A stretch of 64,000 nucleotides of DNA from Paecilomyces variotii (lineage: Eukaryota), in NCBI GenBank assembly GCA_004022145.1, contig RCNU01000005.1. One strand, given 5' to 3'. Each line of letters starts with the position of its first letter. The stretch's first letter is position 1. This document shows positions 39,659-53,273 of the stretch, piece after piece. A program made the translations under genes and the position numbers. The notes below the pieces were generated by a model. The model searched no databases and was not told the DNA's origin. It saw only the letters and a list, made by a program, of their open reading frames with translations.

Positions 39659-40469
39659 TTAGATAGGCTTGATCTGTGGTGCGAAGTGCCTGTTAGATAA
39701 GAGGTCCAGCGATTATCATGAGATGTCCCACCCACCTTAAAATGCAAGGAAATAAGAGAAAAGACAAGAGCCTTGAGGTCCTGTACGAGATAGTAGAAGA
39801 CGCGCAGTCCCTCGGGGTCTGCAGACTCGGTCACGTCGACCAGAGAGCCGATTTTCGCGGTCTGTATCAGTGATCGTTTGTCAGCTCCGGTTACCTGCAT
39901 CTGGGTCACCACGGTCCACGAAGGATTACCTCAAAGGAGATATGCTCATTTCCAAGTCTAATCTCCAGTTCCTGGCGGCCATCCTTGTTCTTCTGAGGCC
40001 ATTTTGAGTCGTCTTCCCTGTCCGGTTCTTAGCACCACGTTGTATATGGGGCATTCCAATAAAAACGTACTTCATGATCTCACTATCCTTGATGATGCGC
40101 TTGATCTCCTGGATCAGGAGGGAACTGACACACACTGTCGTTTCCGTTAATACCACCACTCTTCGTGGCCCGGTGCTTGCAGCTTACTCTCTTTGCGGAT
40201 GAGGGAGTCATTGCGGTAGTTCGAGTTGTTCGCATATCGGGCAGACGCACTGCGGCCGTCGCCGAGGGTACGGAAATCAAACTCTGGAACGACATGAGCA
40301 TATATAAATACTAGCAGTGGTTGGGTTGCCCATACCTAGGAATTCATGTCCAAATCGCCCAGAGTGACCTGAGCTGCAGGACTGTCAGCAGCTGAGGAAA
40401 CCTGGGCCACACGGGGGTTCCTTACTAGTAGCGCACATAGAAAGGCTCGTTCAGATCCGAGTTCGACAT
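39659..40469 (-). CDS. mago: Mago nashi, exon-junction-complex core protein (7 exons)
   Basis: [25 protein letters not shown]...[17 protein letters not shown]...[19 protein letters not shown]...[32 protein letters not shown]. Confidence 0.96.
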
Positions 40470-40845
40470 GGTGAGAAGCCTGAATAGACAACAAAGAGCC
40501 GCCTCGAGTCTGCTCACTTTGGCGGGGAAGATCATTCCCCGTGCCTGTCGCGTCCCGGCGGCTTAGTCATCCACACACTCCGACAGCTTGGGGCTCCGCC
40601 GCGCAAATGGACAAGTTGACCGTCCGGACTCTAAGTAGGTCGTTTACAAGCGCGCTGATGAACATACGGTAGTTGAGGGGTATTGGTACATTGTGACTGC
40701 CTCTACCGTGTGTCCCTGAGTTGAGGGGCCTTTAATTGGTAATTTCTACTGTCTCCCCATGAAACCATCACTCGATGCTGACCCCGACAACAATCAGCGC
40801 CTCCGTCACCCTTTACAGCGGCCGTCCTGTCAATAACTGCCCACC

Positions 40846-43800
40846 ATGGCGTCGTTTCTGGATAACGCATACAGTTTGGTCCACATGGACAACACTGCAG
40901 ACCAGCCCTCATTGCAGGAGCTGAAGACGCAGTTGGAAAAAGGCACCGATGAATCGAAACTCGAAACCATGCGGAAGGTTATCACCGTCATGCTCAATGG
41001 CGACCCGATGCCTCAGTTGCTCATGCACATTATCCGTTTCGTCATGCCCTCAAAGAGCAAGCCTCTGAAGAAGCTGCTATACTTCTACTATGAGATCTGT
41101 CCGAAACTTGATGCCAATGGCAGGTTGAAGCAGGAGATGATCTTGGTCTGGTAAGGCCGACCCTGACATCCGTCTCCCTCCCCCGCCGTGCGGACAACCA
41201 CCCCTGACCTAGGACTGCAGTAACGGAATCCGGAACGACCTCCAACACCCCAACGAGTACGTTCGTGGCAACACTCTTCGATTCCTTTGCAAGCTTCGCG
41301 AGCCCGAACTCATCGAGCCTCTCCTGTCCTCTGCGCGCTCGTGTCTGGAACACCGCCACGCCTATGTGCGTAAGAATGCCGTCTGGGCTATCGCTTCCAT
41401 TTACCAGCACTCGGAATCTTTGATCCCAGATGCCCCCGAATTGATTCAAACGTTCCTTGGCACGGAGACCGACCACACCTGCAAGCGCAATGCATTCGCG
41501 GCTCTCATGTCCATCAGCCACCAGGGTGCGCTCGAATATCTTAGCTCTACATTTGACAGCATCCCGAATACCGATGAATTGCTACAGCTAGTGGAACTCG
41601 AGTTCATCAGAAAGGATGCTGTCCAAAATTCTCAGAACAAGGTGGGATTGTCTGGAGGAAGATACAAAGTGACTGGAAGCTAATAAGGTGTAGGCGAGAT
41701 ATCTCCGCTTGATCTTCGACCTTCTTGAGGCGTCTGCGAGCACGGTTATCTACGAAGCTGCGACATCTTTGACTGCTCTTACGAGCAACCCCGTTGCTGT
41801 GAAGGCGGCTGCGTCGAAGTTGATCGAGCTTAGCATCAAGGAGGCAGACAACAACGTGAAGCTTATCGTTCTCGACAGAGTTGATCAACTAAGAATCAAG
41901 AATGAGGGTGTTCTAGATGATCTGACAATGGAGATTCTGCGTGTCCTTTCGAGCCCTGACATTGATGTTCGTCGAAAGGCTCTGGGAATCGCTCTGGAGA
42001 TGGTTTCAAGCAAGAATGTCGAAGAGATTGTCATGCTTCTCAAGAAGGAACTTGCCAAGACTGTTGATGAACAATATGAGAAGGTAGGTCAGGCCAGTGT
42101 GTGGCAGAATCGGTGGCTGACGATAGTTTCAGAACTCTGAGTACCGTCAACTCTTGATCCAGTCCATCCACCAGTGCGCCATCAAGTTCTCCGAAATAGC
42201 TGCTAGCGTCGTTGATCTCCTCATGGATTTCATTGTCGATTTCAACAACAATTCTGCCGTGGACGTCATCTCCTTTGTCAAGGAGGTTGTCGAGAAATTC
42301 CCCAAGCTACGAGCATCAATCATTGAGCGCCTCGTTTCTACTCTCAGCGAAGTGCGCGCCGGAAAGGTATACCGTGGAGTCCTCTGGGTCATTGGAGAAT
42401 ATTCACTGGAGGCTACCGATATCCGGGAAGCGTGGAAGCGAATCCGTGCCTCTCTTGGAGAGATTCCAATTTTGGCCTCCGAACAGCGGCTGCTTGAGGA
42501 AGTTCCTGATGAAAGTGCAGCTTTGAAGGAACAGGTCAACGGTCACCCGAAGGCCGCTCCTACAGGCTCAAGGAAAGTTTTGGCCGACGGCACATATGCC
42601 ACAGAGAGTGCTCTTACCAGCCAATCTGCAGCAGCAGCTAAGCTCGAAGCCGTGAAGGCTGCTCAGAAGCCACCGCTGAGACAGCTCATTCTCGATGGCG
42701 ACTATTACCTGGCCACTGTTCTTTCATCTACGTTGACAAAGTTGGTGATGCGTCATTCCGAAGTCTCTGAAGATTCTGCTCGCACGAATGCTCTCCGCGC
42801 CGAGGCTATGCTCATCATGATCTCTATCATCCGTGTGGGACAATCTCAGTTTGTCAAGGCCCCTATCGATGAGGACTCTGTGGACCGCATCATGACTTGC
42901 GTTCGCTCTCTTGCCGAATTCACGGAGAGGAAGGAGCTTGAGACGACATTCCTGGAGGATACAAGGAAAGCATTCCGTGCTATGGTCCAGGTTGAGGAGA
43001 AGAAGCGGGCAGCAAAGGAGGCTGTTGAGAAGGCCAAGACTGCCGTTCAGGTTGACGACGCCATGCCGATCAGACAGCTGGCAAAGAAGAACGCCGGCGA
43101 GGGCACCGATGAGATCGAACTCGACCTTGCGAAGGCTACCGGTGGCGACTCCACTCTCGAGGATATCTCTTCTAAGCTGAGCAGAGTCGTACAGCTCACT
43201 GGTTTCTCCGATCCAGTGTATGCTGAGGCCTATGTCAAGGTCCACCAGTTTGATATCGTCCTGGATGTTCTGCTGGTCAACCAGACCACGGAGACTCTCC
43301 AGAACTTGTCTGTCGAATTCGCAACCCTTGGAGACCTCAAGGTCGTTGAGCGACCAACCACTCAGAATCTGGGACCGCGCGATTTCTTGAACGTGCAGGC
43401 TACGGTCAAGGTGTCTTCCACAGATACTGGTGTGATCTTCGGAAACGTCGTCTATGACGGACCCAGCTCCACCGAAACGCACGTTGTCATCCTGAACGAT
43501 GTCCACGCAGACATCATGGACTACATCCAGCCGGCCTACTGCAGCGAGACCCAGTTCAGGACCATGTGGACTGAGTTTGAATGGGAGAACAAGGTCAACA
43601 TCAACTCCAAGGCCAAGAGTCTCCGAGAGTTCCTCAAGCAGCTCATGGAGAGCACCAACATGGCGTGCCTGACTCCTGAAGCGTCGCTCAAGGGCGACTG
43701 CCAGTTCTTGAGTGCTAACTTATATGCCCGGAGCGTATTTGGTATGTTTACACCTATTACCCTTCGCTATCCCCTGTAATACCGTTCTCTTGGGGTTGAA

Positions 43801-43963
43801 AACTAACACTATCCCTACAGGCGAGGACGCGCTGGCGAACTTGAGTATTGAGAAGGAGGGTGAAGATGGCGCCATCACCGGATTTGTGCGGATACGGAGC
43901 CGTTCCCAGGGCCTGGCTTTGAGCCTGGGTTCCCTTAAGGGCCTCAAGGCCACTGCTGCGTGA
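40846..43963 (+). CDS. SEC26: Coatomer subunit beta (COPI)
   Basis: [81 protein letters not shown]. Four introns. Divergent from mago across about 0.38 kb. Confidence 0.97.
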
Positions 43964-45318
43964 ATAATCTAGACACTCGATGCCCCCTTTTATAAGTTTC
44001 CCCTTCTTCTTGCTAGCGATTCTCCCAGTATATTTTGTTGCGTTGCACCGGATGAGAAAAGGCTTTCCTCTAATGGAATGTTGCATGTCTGTGGTATAGT
44101 CAATTATTTATTAGTCTAGGAATCAGAATGACTTACGCTTCCAGCCGCGCAATATCTCACCCTAGGGTTGGGGGGATGGCCATTCTGTTATGTTCTCCAT
44201 CTGCGTGGAACGCTCGTTTACAGTCAGTTTCTGGGTTTTACATAAAGGCTACACATAGTACAAAGTTCACAATCTTCCAAGACTCTGTATAGTTAGCTGT
44301 CACTGCGCTTGCATGGTTGACTGCCAGCTGCTTCGATCTTAGTCTGAAAGACCAATGCTTTGACGCCGTGGAACTTCGTGGATAATCCCAATTCGCCATT
44401 TCTGCATCCTGCAAGGTATAACCAATAACATGCGCAACTTTCAGATTCTGGGATCGGATAAGGTTCCTTGAGATGTTCCTCTCTGTCGGGTCTTTATCAT
44501 AAGGCTGATCCTGACCAGTATAGTTCTTGGCATGGGTTAGTTATCACGTATCACAATGTTATTATTATCAGAGTAATCTGCTCCGGAACAGCCAAGAAGC
44601 CAGACCTTGGTTCTCCACGAGGAGCCATAGGCTAGTTAGACGACTTGTAAGCCAGCAGCGCTCCTACTTTTATGCGGAGAGCTTGAAGCGGTCGTTCTAG
44701 TTTGCCGGTTTTGTTAGCTTATCGGATACTGCGGCTGCAGGAACCCAAGGATCCCCGCTAGTGAAGGCTTAGGAGGCGAGAACGAGCATATCACAATTGT
44801 TGCGTACCTGGAGAGGCTTGGAAGAAAAGAACAATCCCTCCCCGGGGGTTCCACTGGCCGACAGCAATGCTGATCCAGGGCGAGATAAGCCTGTAAGTAT
44901 AGAGTAGAGTAATAAATAACCGTTGATACTGGTGTCTGTTGAAACTTGACAGTGATCATGGTAATCATCTCTATCTAACTAACCACATTCTCTCCCATGT
45001 TTCGGCCCGTCGCGGAAACCGCTGAGGATGAACCGGCCGCAGAGCAGGCGCATTCAAGCCGAACTCCGCCGTGGGATCTTCTATCGCGATGCTTTCTTCC
45101 TCCCATTTTATTATTAGACTATTAACTAATTCGTTGACTAGCATATCTGCTCGCGGCGGCCTGCTTTGCCAAATTGCCAAGTCCCTAGCTCTCCACCTGC
45201 GTGTAATACCATAAGTATTCTTTCACCGTCTCTGCCATTCTCTCTTCTCTTCTTCCTGCCTTTATTCCTCTCTCGTTCTGTACTCTAGAATGCCCCCAGC
45301 CTGCCGGTCATCACCACC

Positions 45319-47064
45319 ATGACTATTGGCAGCCACAATGCCATCGTCAATCCGTTCGCGGATGGTGGCTCTTTTGCCTCCAGCGCGGATCCGTCGGAAC
45401 CGCCATCGTGCAAGTCCGACGCTGTTTTGAGGGTGGGGAAACATGCAACCTTGACGCTGGGAACTGATGCTCTCACGGTTTTAGGTATGTCTGGAGCATG
45501 GTGTTGATTGATCCTCCTGCGGTGTTATTGTCATTTAAAGCGTGAGCTTGATATTTACCAATATTTATTGGAACAGATGAAGGAGACGCCAATAAGGCAC
45601 GTCGCCGCTGTTGCGGTTTGCTATCTATACGTAGTAAAGATCCCCCTTCCATAATGGCTACCGGATTGCCCTTTCGGCCGTCGTACCGGGAGGATCGAGA
45701 TCTGGTGTGGCAGTTTCTGACTAACGGCAACTTTCGCAGAACGCAAGACTAATCAGACCGTGCCTTACTATAATGTCCTGTCGGCGAACGTGTCGGAGAA
45801 CGAGATCACCATCACGTATGCGGAACCCATGTCCAAAAGCCATGTCACTGTTGGCTATATCCACTACCCGATCGATCTGGAGCAGAAGTCGAAAGCGGAC
45901 ACTTGGGCGGAAAAGCTGTTACAGCTCTCCTATGGAGAGGCGAAGCCCAAGAAGAAGCTGAAGGTCTTGATAAACCCGTTTGGTGGTAAAGGAATGGCTC
46001 CGACGTATTATTCCCGCTATGCAGAACCTATCCTAGCTGCGGCGGGTTGCGATCTCGATGTGCAGACGACGACTCACCGCGGACACGCGACCGATATTGC
46101 AGAGAAGCTGGACATCAACGCGTACGATGCGGTCGTGGCATGCTCCGGCGATGGATTGCCCTACGAGATCTTCAACGGTCTGGCGAAGAAGCCCAACGCA
46201 CGAGAAGCACTGGCGAAAGTTGCTGTGGGTATGATACCGTCTGGTTCCGGAAATGGAATGGCCATGAATCTCTATGGCTCTCCCAGCGTAAGCTTGGCCG
46301 CCCTGGCGATCGTGAAAGGAAAGCGGATGCCACTGGATCTGGCGTCTATAACTCAGGGCGACACACGAACACTTTCGTTCCTGTCGCAATCATTCGGAAT
46401 CGTGGCAGAATGTGATCTAGGGACGGACAACATCAGATGGATGGGTCCGCATCGATTCACATATGGCTTTTTGGTGCGCTTGATGGGTAAAACCGTCTGG
46501 CCCTGCGACGTGGCCGTCAAGGTGGAGGTTGGTGACAAACAAGCCATCAAGGATCATTACCGCGCGGAAGTACACAAGGAACCGCGGCTACTCACCGATA
46601 CGGAGGTTGAAGAGCTGCCGGAAGGCCTCCCTCCTCTTCGATACGGGACCGTGAACGACGAGATTCCCGATGACTGGGAGCGCCTACCAGGAGAGACGAT
46701 GGGGAACTTCTATGCGGGCAATATGGCTTGGATGTCTTCTGATGCCAACTTCTTCCCCGCTGCCCTCCCGAATGATGGCCTATTGGATTTGGTTACCATT
46801 GACGGAACCATTCCTCGCCTCAAGTCCCTCTCTATGCTGCTGGCAGTTGAAGACGGTAGTATTTTTGATATTCCCGAGGCACATTTCCGCAAGGTGTCTG
46901 CCTACCGGCTGGTCCCTAAGCAGACCGAAGGATACATCAGTATCGACGGAGAGAGAGTGCCCTTTGCCCCGATCCAGGTCGAAGTTCACAAAGGGCTAGG
47001 GACCGTGCTCTCGGTTTCAGGCAAGGCCTACGAAGCGAAGGGCCCTCCGGGGACACAGACGTAA
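45319..47064 (+). CDS. Sphingoid long-chain base (sphingosine) kinase, Lcb4/Lcb5-like
   Basis: DAGK-type motifs INPFGGKG, SGDGLPYEIFNGL, IPSGSGNG, DGLLDL, ISIDGE. Two small 5' exons before the main exon. Confidence 0.9.
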
Positions 47065-47604
47065 GAATAGGCAGGATCCCGAGCGTGAAAGATGTCTCAT
47101 GTGTTTATGTTCGCGTTATCATGATACCCAGGAAAACGGAATTCAGAAGATGGAATGGCTTGGTTAAGAGGCCTAGCCTTCACCTGTGGGGTTGACTGTA
47201 GCATTGTTTCTATCGATACTTTTGTATACTATCCGACGTATAACTAATGTCTTTGGACTCCCTCCCATACCACTCAGAGGGGGCAGCATTCGTGTGACAG
47301 AGTATTAATAATGCTAATTTCTGCAGCCTTGGGTCTGCTAATACATGTATAATGTGCTGTCTTCAAGGATTACTACAATCATAGGGGGTCAACGAGTATT
47401 ATCGATGTAAGGTGTCGAAATACACTGAGTCGGACGGAAAGTTTTGCGTGGCCGTGGAATTTTATCAATTTCTCGTATGCAAAGAATTACTAGTATTTTT
47501 TTCATTGTTCAGCGGGACATTCTGCAGTGAACATCCTTAAAAAGAAAGAAAGATCCCACGATAATTTTATCAAACATACAAGGTATCGATTCAATTCAAG
47601 AGAT

Positions 47605-48906
47605 TCAATCATCGCCCAAACCACCCCACTCCTCTTCACTATCCTCCTCCTCATCCTCATCATCCGAACCCTTCTTCCTCTCAATCACACCCCACTCCAC
47701 CAACCGATCATCCTCAAGCACCTCTCCAGCGCGCTCGCGGACCGTCTTCGTCGGACTTTCCGCCTTCAATTTCCGCATCGGCCGCAAGATCAACTCCATG
47801 GGGATATCACCTTTTAGTCTCTTCGTAGGACCATCTGTGTTGTTGTTGCTGCTGTCGACATCGAGGTCTTCGACTTCGACGACTTTCTCGAGCTCGTCGA
47901 GCCAGATGTCGAGGATGTGGTATCGCAGACCGTCAGGGCCATGAGGCATCGTCACGTCAGAGTCGGTGTTGATGGATGTGGAAGTTGGTTCGTTCGGGTC
48001 GAAGTTGAGAGGGTGAAGGGGTCCTTCTTCGATGATGGAGATGTAGGATTCGAGATCTGTCCATTGGGAGTCGAGATTGGTGGATTCTTCTCCTTCTTCT
48101 TCTTCCTCGTGGGTTGGTGTTCCATTCGCATCAGTCTTTGTTGTTGTGCGCTTCTTCTTCTTTTTATTTTTCTCCGTCGTCATGCTGACCTCGTCGCGCT
48201 TTCTCTTCTTATCCTTTTCTCCATTGGCACTCTTCTTGTCGTTGTTTTGTTTGGTGCTGGACTTATTATTATTATTCTTGATAAAGACCTCAAATGCCAC
48301 GCCCACATAGCATCGAATCAGATAGAGGTATTTATCAAGTCGTAGGCGGTCGATCTTATGAAAGTCCCGACCGATAGTGATCCAGAAAGCGCGTAGGAAG
48401 CGATGCAGTGTGCTGTGAGGGAGGCTGGGGACGATAGAGTAGGAAAGAGAGCGGGCGAGAGATTGTTGTGTTAGGGGACGGTCGGAGTGGTAGAAGCCTG
48501 GGGTGAATGCGTTAGTTGAGTTTATTCTTTTCTATCTGCGTGTGTGTCTCTCTTGAGTAGGGGGGGAAGACATACAGAAAAACAGGCCCTTCCAAACTTT
48601 CAGCAAATCCACGAGTGATAGACCCGTCTTCATTTTCAGGAACATTGTTAGCGACTCGAGGGCCTTGTCTCTTGTGCGGCGGTCTGCGAAAGAGGGTTAT
48701 TAGTAACGATATTCTTGAAGAGTGATGATAAAACTGTAAAGGATAGAAAAAAGAGCAACGATTCTTTTTTTTAGAGACTCGTATGAACTGAACTGAATGG
48801 AATTCTCGTTCGGAGTCGATATTAAGATAAGTAGAGAGAGTCCCAAATTTAACTCACCACTTGACGCCAATTCCCTCACAAAGGGAGTTTTCTGAATATC
48901 CGTCAT
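47605..48906 (-). CDS. RRP1: Ribosomal RNA processing protein Rrp1/Nop52
   Basis: [72 protein letters not shown], acidic tail. Confidence 0.9.
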
Positions 48907-50135
48907 GGCGACGTATCTGCTTTTCTTTCCTCCTTCTAATCTATTACCCTCCCCAGAAAGGAAGAAAAAGAGGAAATCGTTGCTTCGTAGCTCCGCGATA
49001 GTCAAATCAATCGAATGCGGTCTTTGGTCTGAAAATGAATGCGAGACCTACTTAGCTCCGATGGAAGACAAGAGGAAAGGAAAAAAGAGGAATATAAGAG
49101 AGAGAAAAGGAAATATCTCTTCAAATGTAATTTTTCCAGATTATCGCACGTCGGCAATTCTATGGACTTTTCTATAAAGATTTCGAGATCCCAGAACTTT
49201 TTTTTCCGCGCAGCGCTTCGGAGAGTTGGGTGTTTGTGCTGTTTGCTCAGCGCTAAACTTATCTTAATCGGGTCGGGCCCCGCGGGGAGGATGATCTATA
49301 GCCGAACTGAGCGATTATCATCAATGAAGGAATGGTGAACCCGACCAAGATCGTAATAATAAAAGCAGTGACCTGAAGGTTCAGAATTATCACATTCGAC
49401 AACAGATTATGCTGACATAGCCCTACATACAAGACCATCCCGAGGTCCAGTAACTATGGGGCTTCATTTGTCTTAGCGCATCAGATTTTAAACCCACGAG
49501 ATCCTAAGACGACAATTTCCACGAAGATTATATAGATGTCCATGGTAGAAATGTCAATAAAGATTATCGGTTTCCATCCAGAATGTATGCGATAGTTAAC
49601 GATGATTCGAATTGTGGCCATTCATAACATCAGCCAAACACACCATCGGCCCCGGAGAGAACAGGCGTATTAAGCGTATACGCTGGGAAGAACATGCAGA
49701 AGACAGCAACATCATAGTAACCGACCAGTTAAACAACAGGGTATTGTGCAGAAATAGGAAATAAGCATCGGAAAGCGTCATGTTCAAACTCGAAGTAAAG
49801 TTCGACCATCCCTGGCAAGTAGAACGAGACAAGATGCCCGATGACACTGGATGAGGTTGCTTCCAGGGAAGTGATAGGTATCGTAGCCCACGATAATGGC
49901 AGCGAAAATACCAGAGATGACCCGAACGAGAGCTCAGAAGTTTCGTTGACTGCACGACATAGATCACCAGCAAAAAACATTAGAGGGGAGAATATGGGGA
50001 GGATAACATTTCCAGAACAGTTCTTCGAATAGGTCGTTATATCGCGCACGTCCGACTTTGGTTCCGGGATGATAACTTGCGTAATGTCCATGAGATGAAG
50101 GTAGGGTTGATAATCAGTCCATAGATTTGGCACTG

Positions 50136-51421
50136 TCATGATATCGAGCGTCGTGTCACCACTAAAGCGTTCACAATATGGCCGTTCTTCCACCCTTGAT
50201 CGGTGAGACTCTCGTGCTCGTTGAGTATTCTTCCCAGGTATGCGAGTCGAACTCGCTGTCTGCCGGAAATCTGTAATATATCATTATACTTTAGCATACA
50301 CTACTCTCTGCAAGGGACTCGAGAACACGGCAAAAAAACATACCCCGGCCTCTCCCTGCACCTTGCGGGCCAGTAGTCCGACGCTTTGCGTCTTCCCAAT
50401 GGAGATAGTAAGATCAGGTCCTTCCCTATCACTTAGTCGCGCTTTGACCTTGATGAGATCGCGTTCGCTCGTTTTGCCCTTCTCCTCCCTGCGCCGCTCA
50501 ATATCATCCGGGATCAGTTCATCTTCTGATGCCTCGTCTGCTCCGAGCTTTCCATCGGAAATCGCATCATTGTCGATTCCATCGGCAGGGCTGTCGACGA
50601 TGTTGTCCGGGTCGCTGACAATGCACTGAGGCAAGCGGTACAGTGCGCCTGTTTCGTCATAACAGCCTTCACATAAGTCTCCCGTGGGTACCGTGATTCC
50701 AGCAGCATCGATGATACTCTGTGCTGTCGCAAAGTCGCCGTCGCGCATCAACGCTGTAGCGCTCGCCAGCGCTGCCCACACCTCTTGCCGGCCGGTCACT
50801 CTCGTCTCGAAGAACTCCTGTCGTTCCCGCGCCAACTGTGCATGCGACCATGTGCGTCGCTTACTCCGCCAGGTATGCGGGCGGATTGGCTGATTGTAAT
50901 GCTCGCTCAGCGGTACCGCTCCTCGACGACGGACTGTCGTGGTCGTGGTAGCGGCGCCGGTCGTACGGTGTCGACCAGCAGCTTCTGAGACGATCGCATC
51001 GGTGATAGGGTTTACTGTGGGAGACGAGGAATCTCCATGAGGATGCTCTTCCGTTACCTCAGCGGAATAAGGTATCGCGCCATCGTCACGCGAGAACAAG
51101 GAGAAGCAGCAACCCTGGGTACATACCAAGTTAGTTATCGTAGATATGAAGCGCTGCATTCACCACACTGCTGCAGAGACGGCATACGACCCCCCGGAAT
51201 TTGGTTGAATAAAATATATATATAGAGCGCAGAGACTGGAACGCTGTCTGCTCATCGCATTGAACCGGTGGGGAAGCCCAAATGAATGTCCGTGACCGCT
51301 TGGGTAACACAGCGATCCATTCTCACGAGCGAGGGGCGTGCTTCCCCGACCGACGGACGAGAAAGACGGAAGCGCATTCCAGCTCCAATAGATATTTAAT
51401 GATAATGAGCTTACTTACCAT
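50136..51421 (-). CDS. Ubiquitin-domain-containing protein (UBTD1/2, DC-UbP type) with MGCC N-terminus
   Basis: ATG-only coding exon 51421-51419, intron to 51115, then GCCFS...RQEFFETRVTGRQEVWAAL...CYDETGALYRLPQCIVSDP. Ubiquitin-like C-terminus VRLAYLGRIL...GWKNGHIVNALV; stop 50136-50138. Confidence 0.88.
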
Positions 51422-51774
51422 TTTGCATCCTGTTCGAGACCAACTGCCCCGGTGTCAGGCACCTCGATGTCCCGCAACGTGGACAGAGGAGCTGCGGGAG
51501 TTGAAAAGAAAGCTGGAGAAGACGAAGGATATGTGGATCGAATGATCGGTGCTAAGCGTCCATGTACGCGGCACAGGAAGCAGTGGCTGCAGTGCACACT
51601 ATCTAGTCTAACGGGGTGGAGAGGAGATGGATCCAGTCAGTGAGTGTATTGGAAGTTGTCTTGCGATCAGTGCGACCTCTCTTTCTTAGTTCTTACAGTA
51701 GAGGGATCGTCGGGGCCAGCACGGGCAGTCGGTGAGTAGAGTAGAGTAGAGTAGAAGAGACGAGGGAAAAGAAA

Positions 51775-51801
51775 AAGAAGAAGAAGAAGAAGAAGAAGAA
51801 G
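51775..51801 (+). repeat. (AAG)9 microsatellite, preceded by (GAGTA)4 near 51734-51753
   Basis: Direct reading of the sequence. Confidence 0.9.
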
Positions 51802-53273
51802 CAGAACATCCCAAGGTGGATGGGCTGATGGTCTCTCCGTTTCACATAGATAGGTATGAACTGCTTGCTAGTCCATTATTATTATCCTCTTCGATCCCGA
51901 AAAAGCCGTCCAGGAACTCCTTCCAGGCAGTTCGTCCTCAGGCCGGGATGCCGGTGAGACCCGTTCGGCGCCAAAACGTCAGAACAGAGTCAGAAAAAGC
52001 TTGATAGAGTCGGAAACCCACTTTGTCCACGACAGCGTGATGTGTTTTTTTCTTATCGTCTGTGATTTCTGTCCGTTTCCACCAAGGAAGATATCATCAA
52101 CAAGGCCAATATCTCTATCCGGGATCAACTCGATGCTGTCCCTTGGATCACAGTCTAACTAGTTATTCTCGCCCTCCAGTGGCTTCCAGTACATCTTCCA
52201 ACTAAGGAAGCTGTCTTTGTCCCTTCTCCACTCGACCCATTGACTGTACTAAGATAACTAAATTCAGTAAGAGTATAGTTACTTACAGTGTTACTACTTA
52301 ACTTACCTAGGTAAGTCAACTACCGCGACCTACCTACAATCGCCTATCCAAACCTGTACGACAACGCTCTGGGAAAGATCCAGCCTGCGAGAGTTATTAT
52401 TACAGTATTACTATTTCCTGTCCATACACACAAATGTCCACCTTGAATGCATTATTAGGAGATAGATAGGTCGAGAACAACACCCCCTTGTCAATTTGTC
52501 ATTCTTCTCCCTTTTACCCCTCCCTTAGTGATCAAGTATTACTAGAGGGCAGCGATCTGAGCGGGAGGTCTAGAGTAGACTGGCTCGATAGTACCTAGTC
52601 GGTAAGTACTAAGTAGAGACCGTTAGCGAAACGCCTTCATCTTGTGATTATTGCAAGGAGGAGATCTATTGATTCCCCTCCCCCGCCTTCGATCCGGCAG
52701 ATCATCCTGGGCGATAGGAGCCGAGAGCCAGATCGCGGTCTCTGCAAGGAGTTGTTCGAGGTTATTTGTGCCACGTTTAATAGAGAACGGGCTACGTGAA
52801 ATTTGAATACTAGATAAATCGGTAGAAAATAATACATAATGATAGGATTAATATCGATATGTTTTGTTTTCCTATCTTGGTATTTCGATCGAGCCATCCT
52901 ATAGACCTCAACTGAACTGAACTGAATTGAATTGAACCGCGTGGGACACCGGTCTACTACTCTATGGAAGTCTCGACAACCGTATCTCGTCATAAAGAAT
53001 TATAACGGGTCTCTCAGTGATAATCACCCCTGTCCATGCCCTAAAACATATAATAGCTCTCGACATAATATGATCTCAGTCATTGCTGACATCGTCATGG
53101 TCGACTAATTTGTCGCATGCGGAATAGACCGGCATGGTAAAAGTGGGTAACATGTATTACCATAGTTTATTCTAGACCATTGCATGGACTTTTGTGGGTT
53201 GGGTTTAATGATATTCAAGATCTTGGGAATCATATCTTGATTTAAATCTATACACTGATCTGACACGATGAAC

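Noticed and set aside
49596-50193. ORFs of 125-154 aa downstream of the UBTD gene
   Set aside because: They overlap the last exon and 3'UTR of UBTD, have weak starts and show no domain features.
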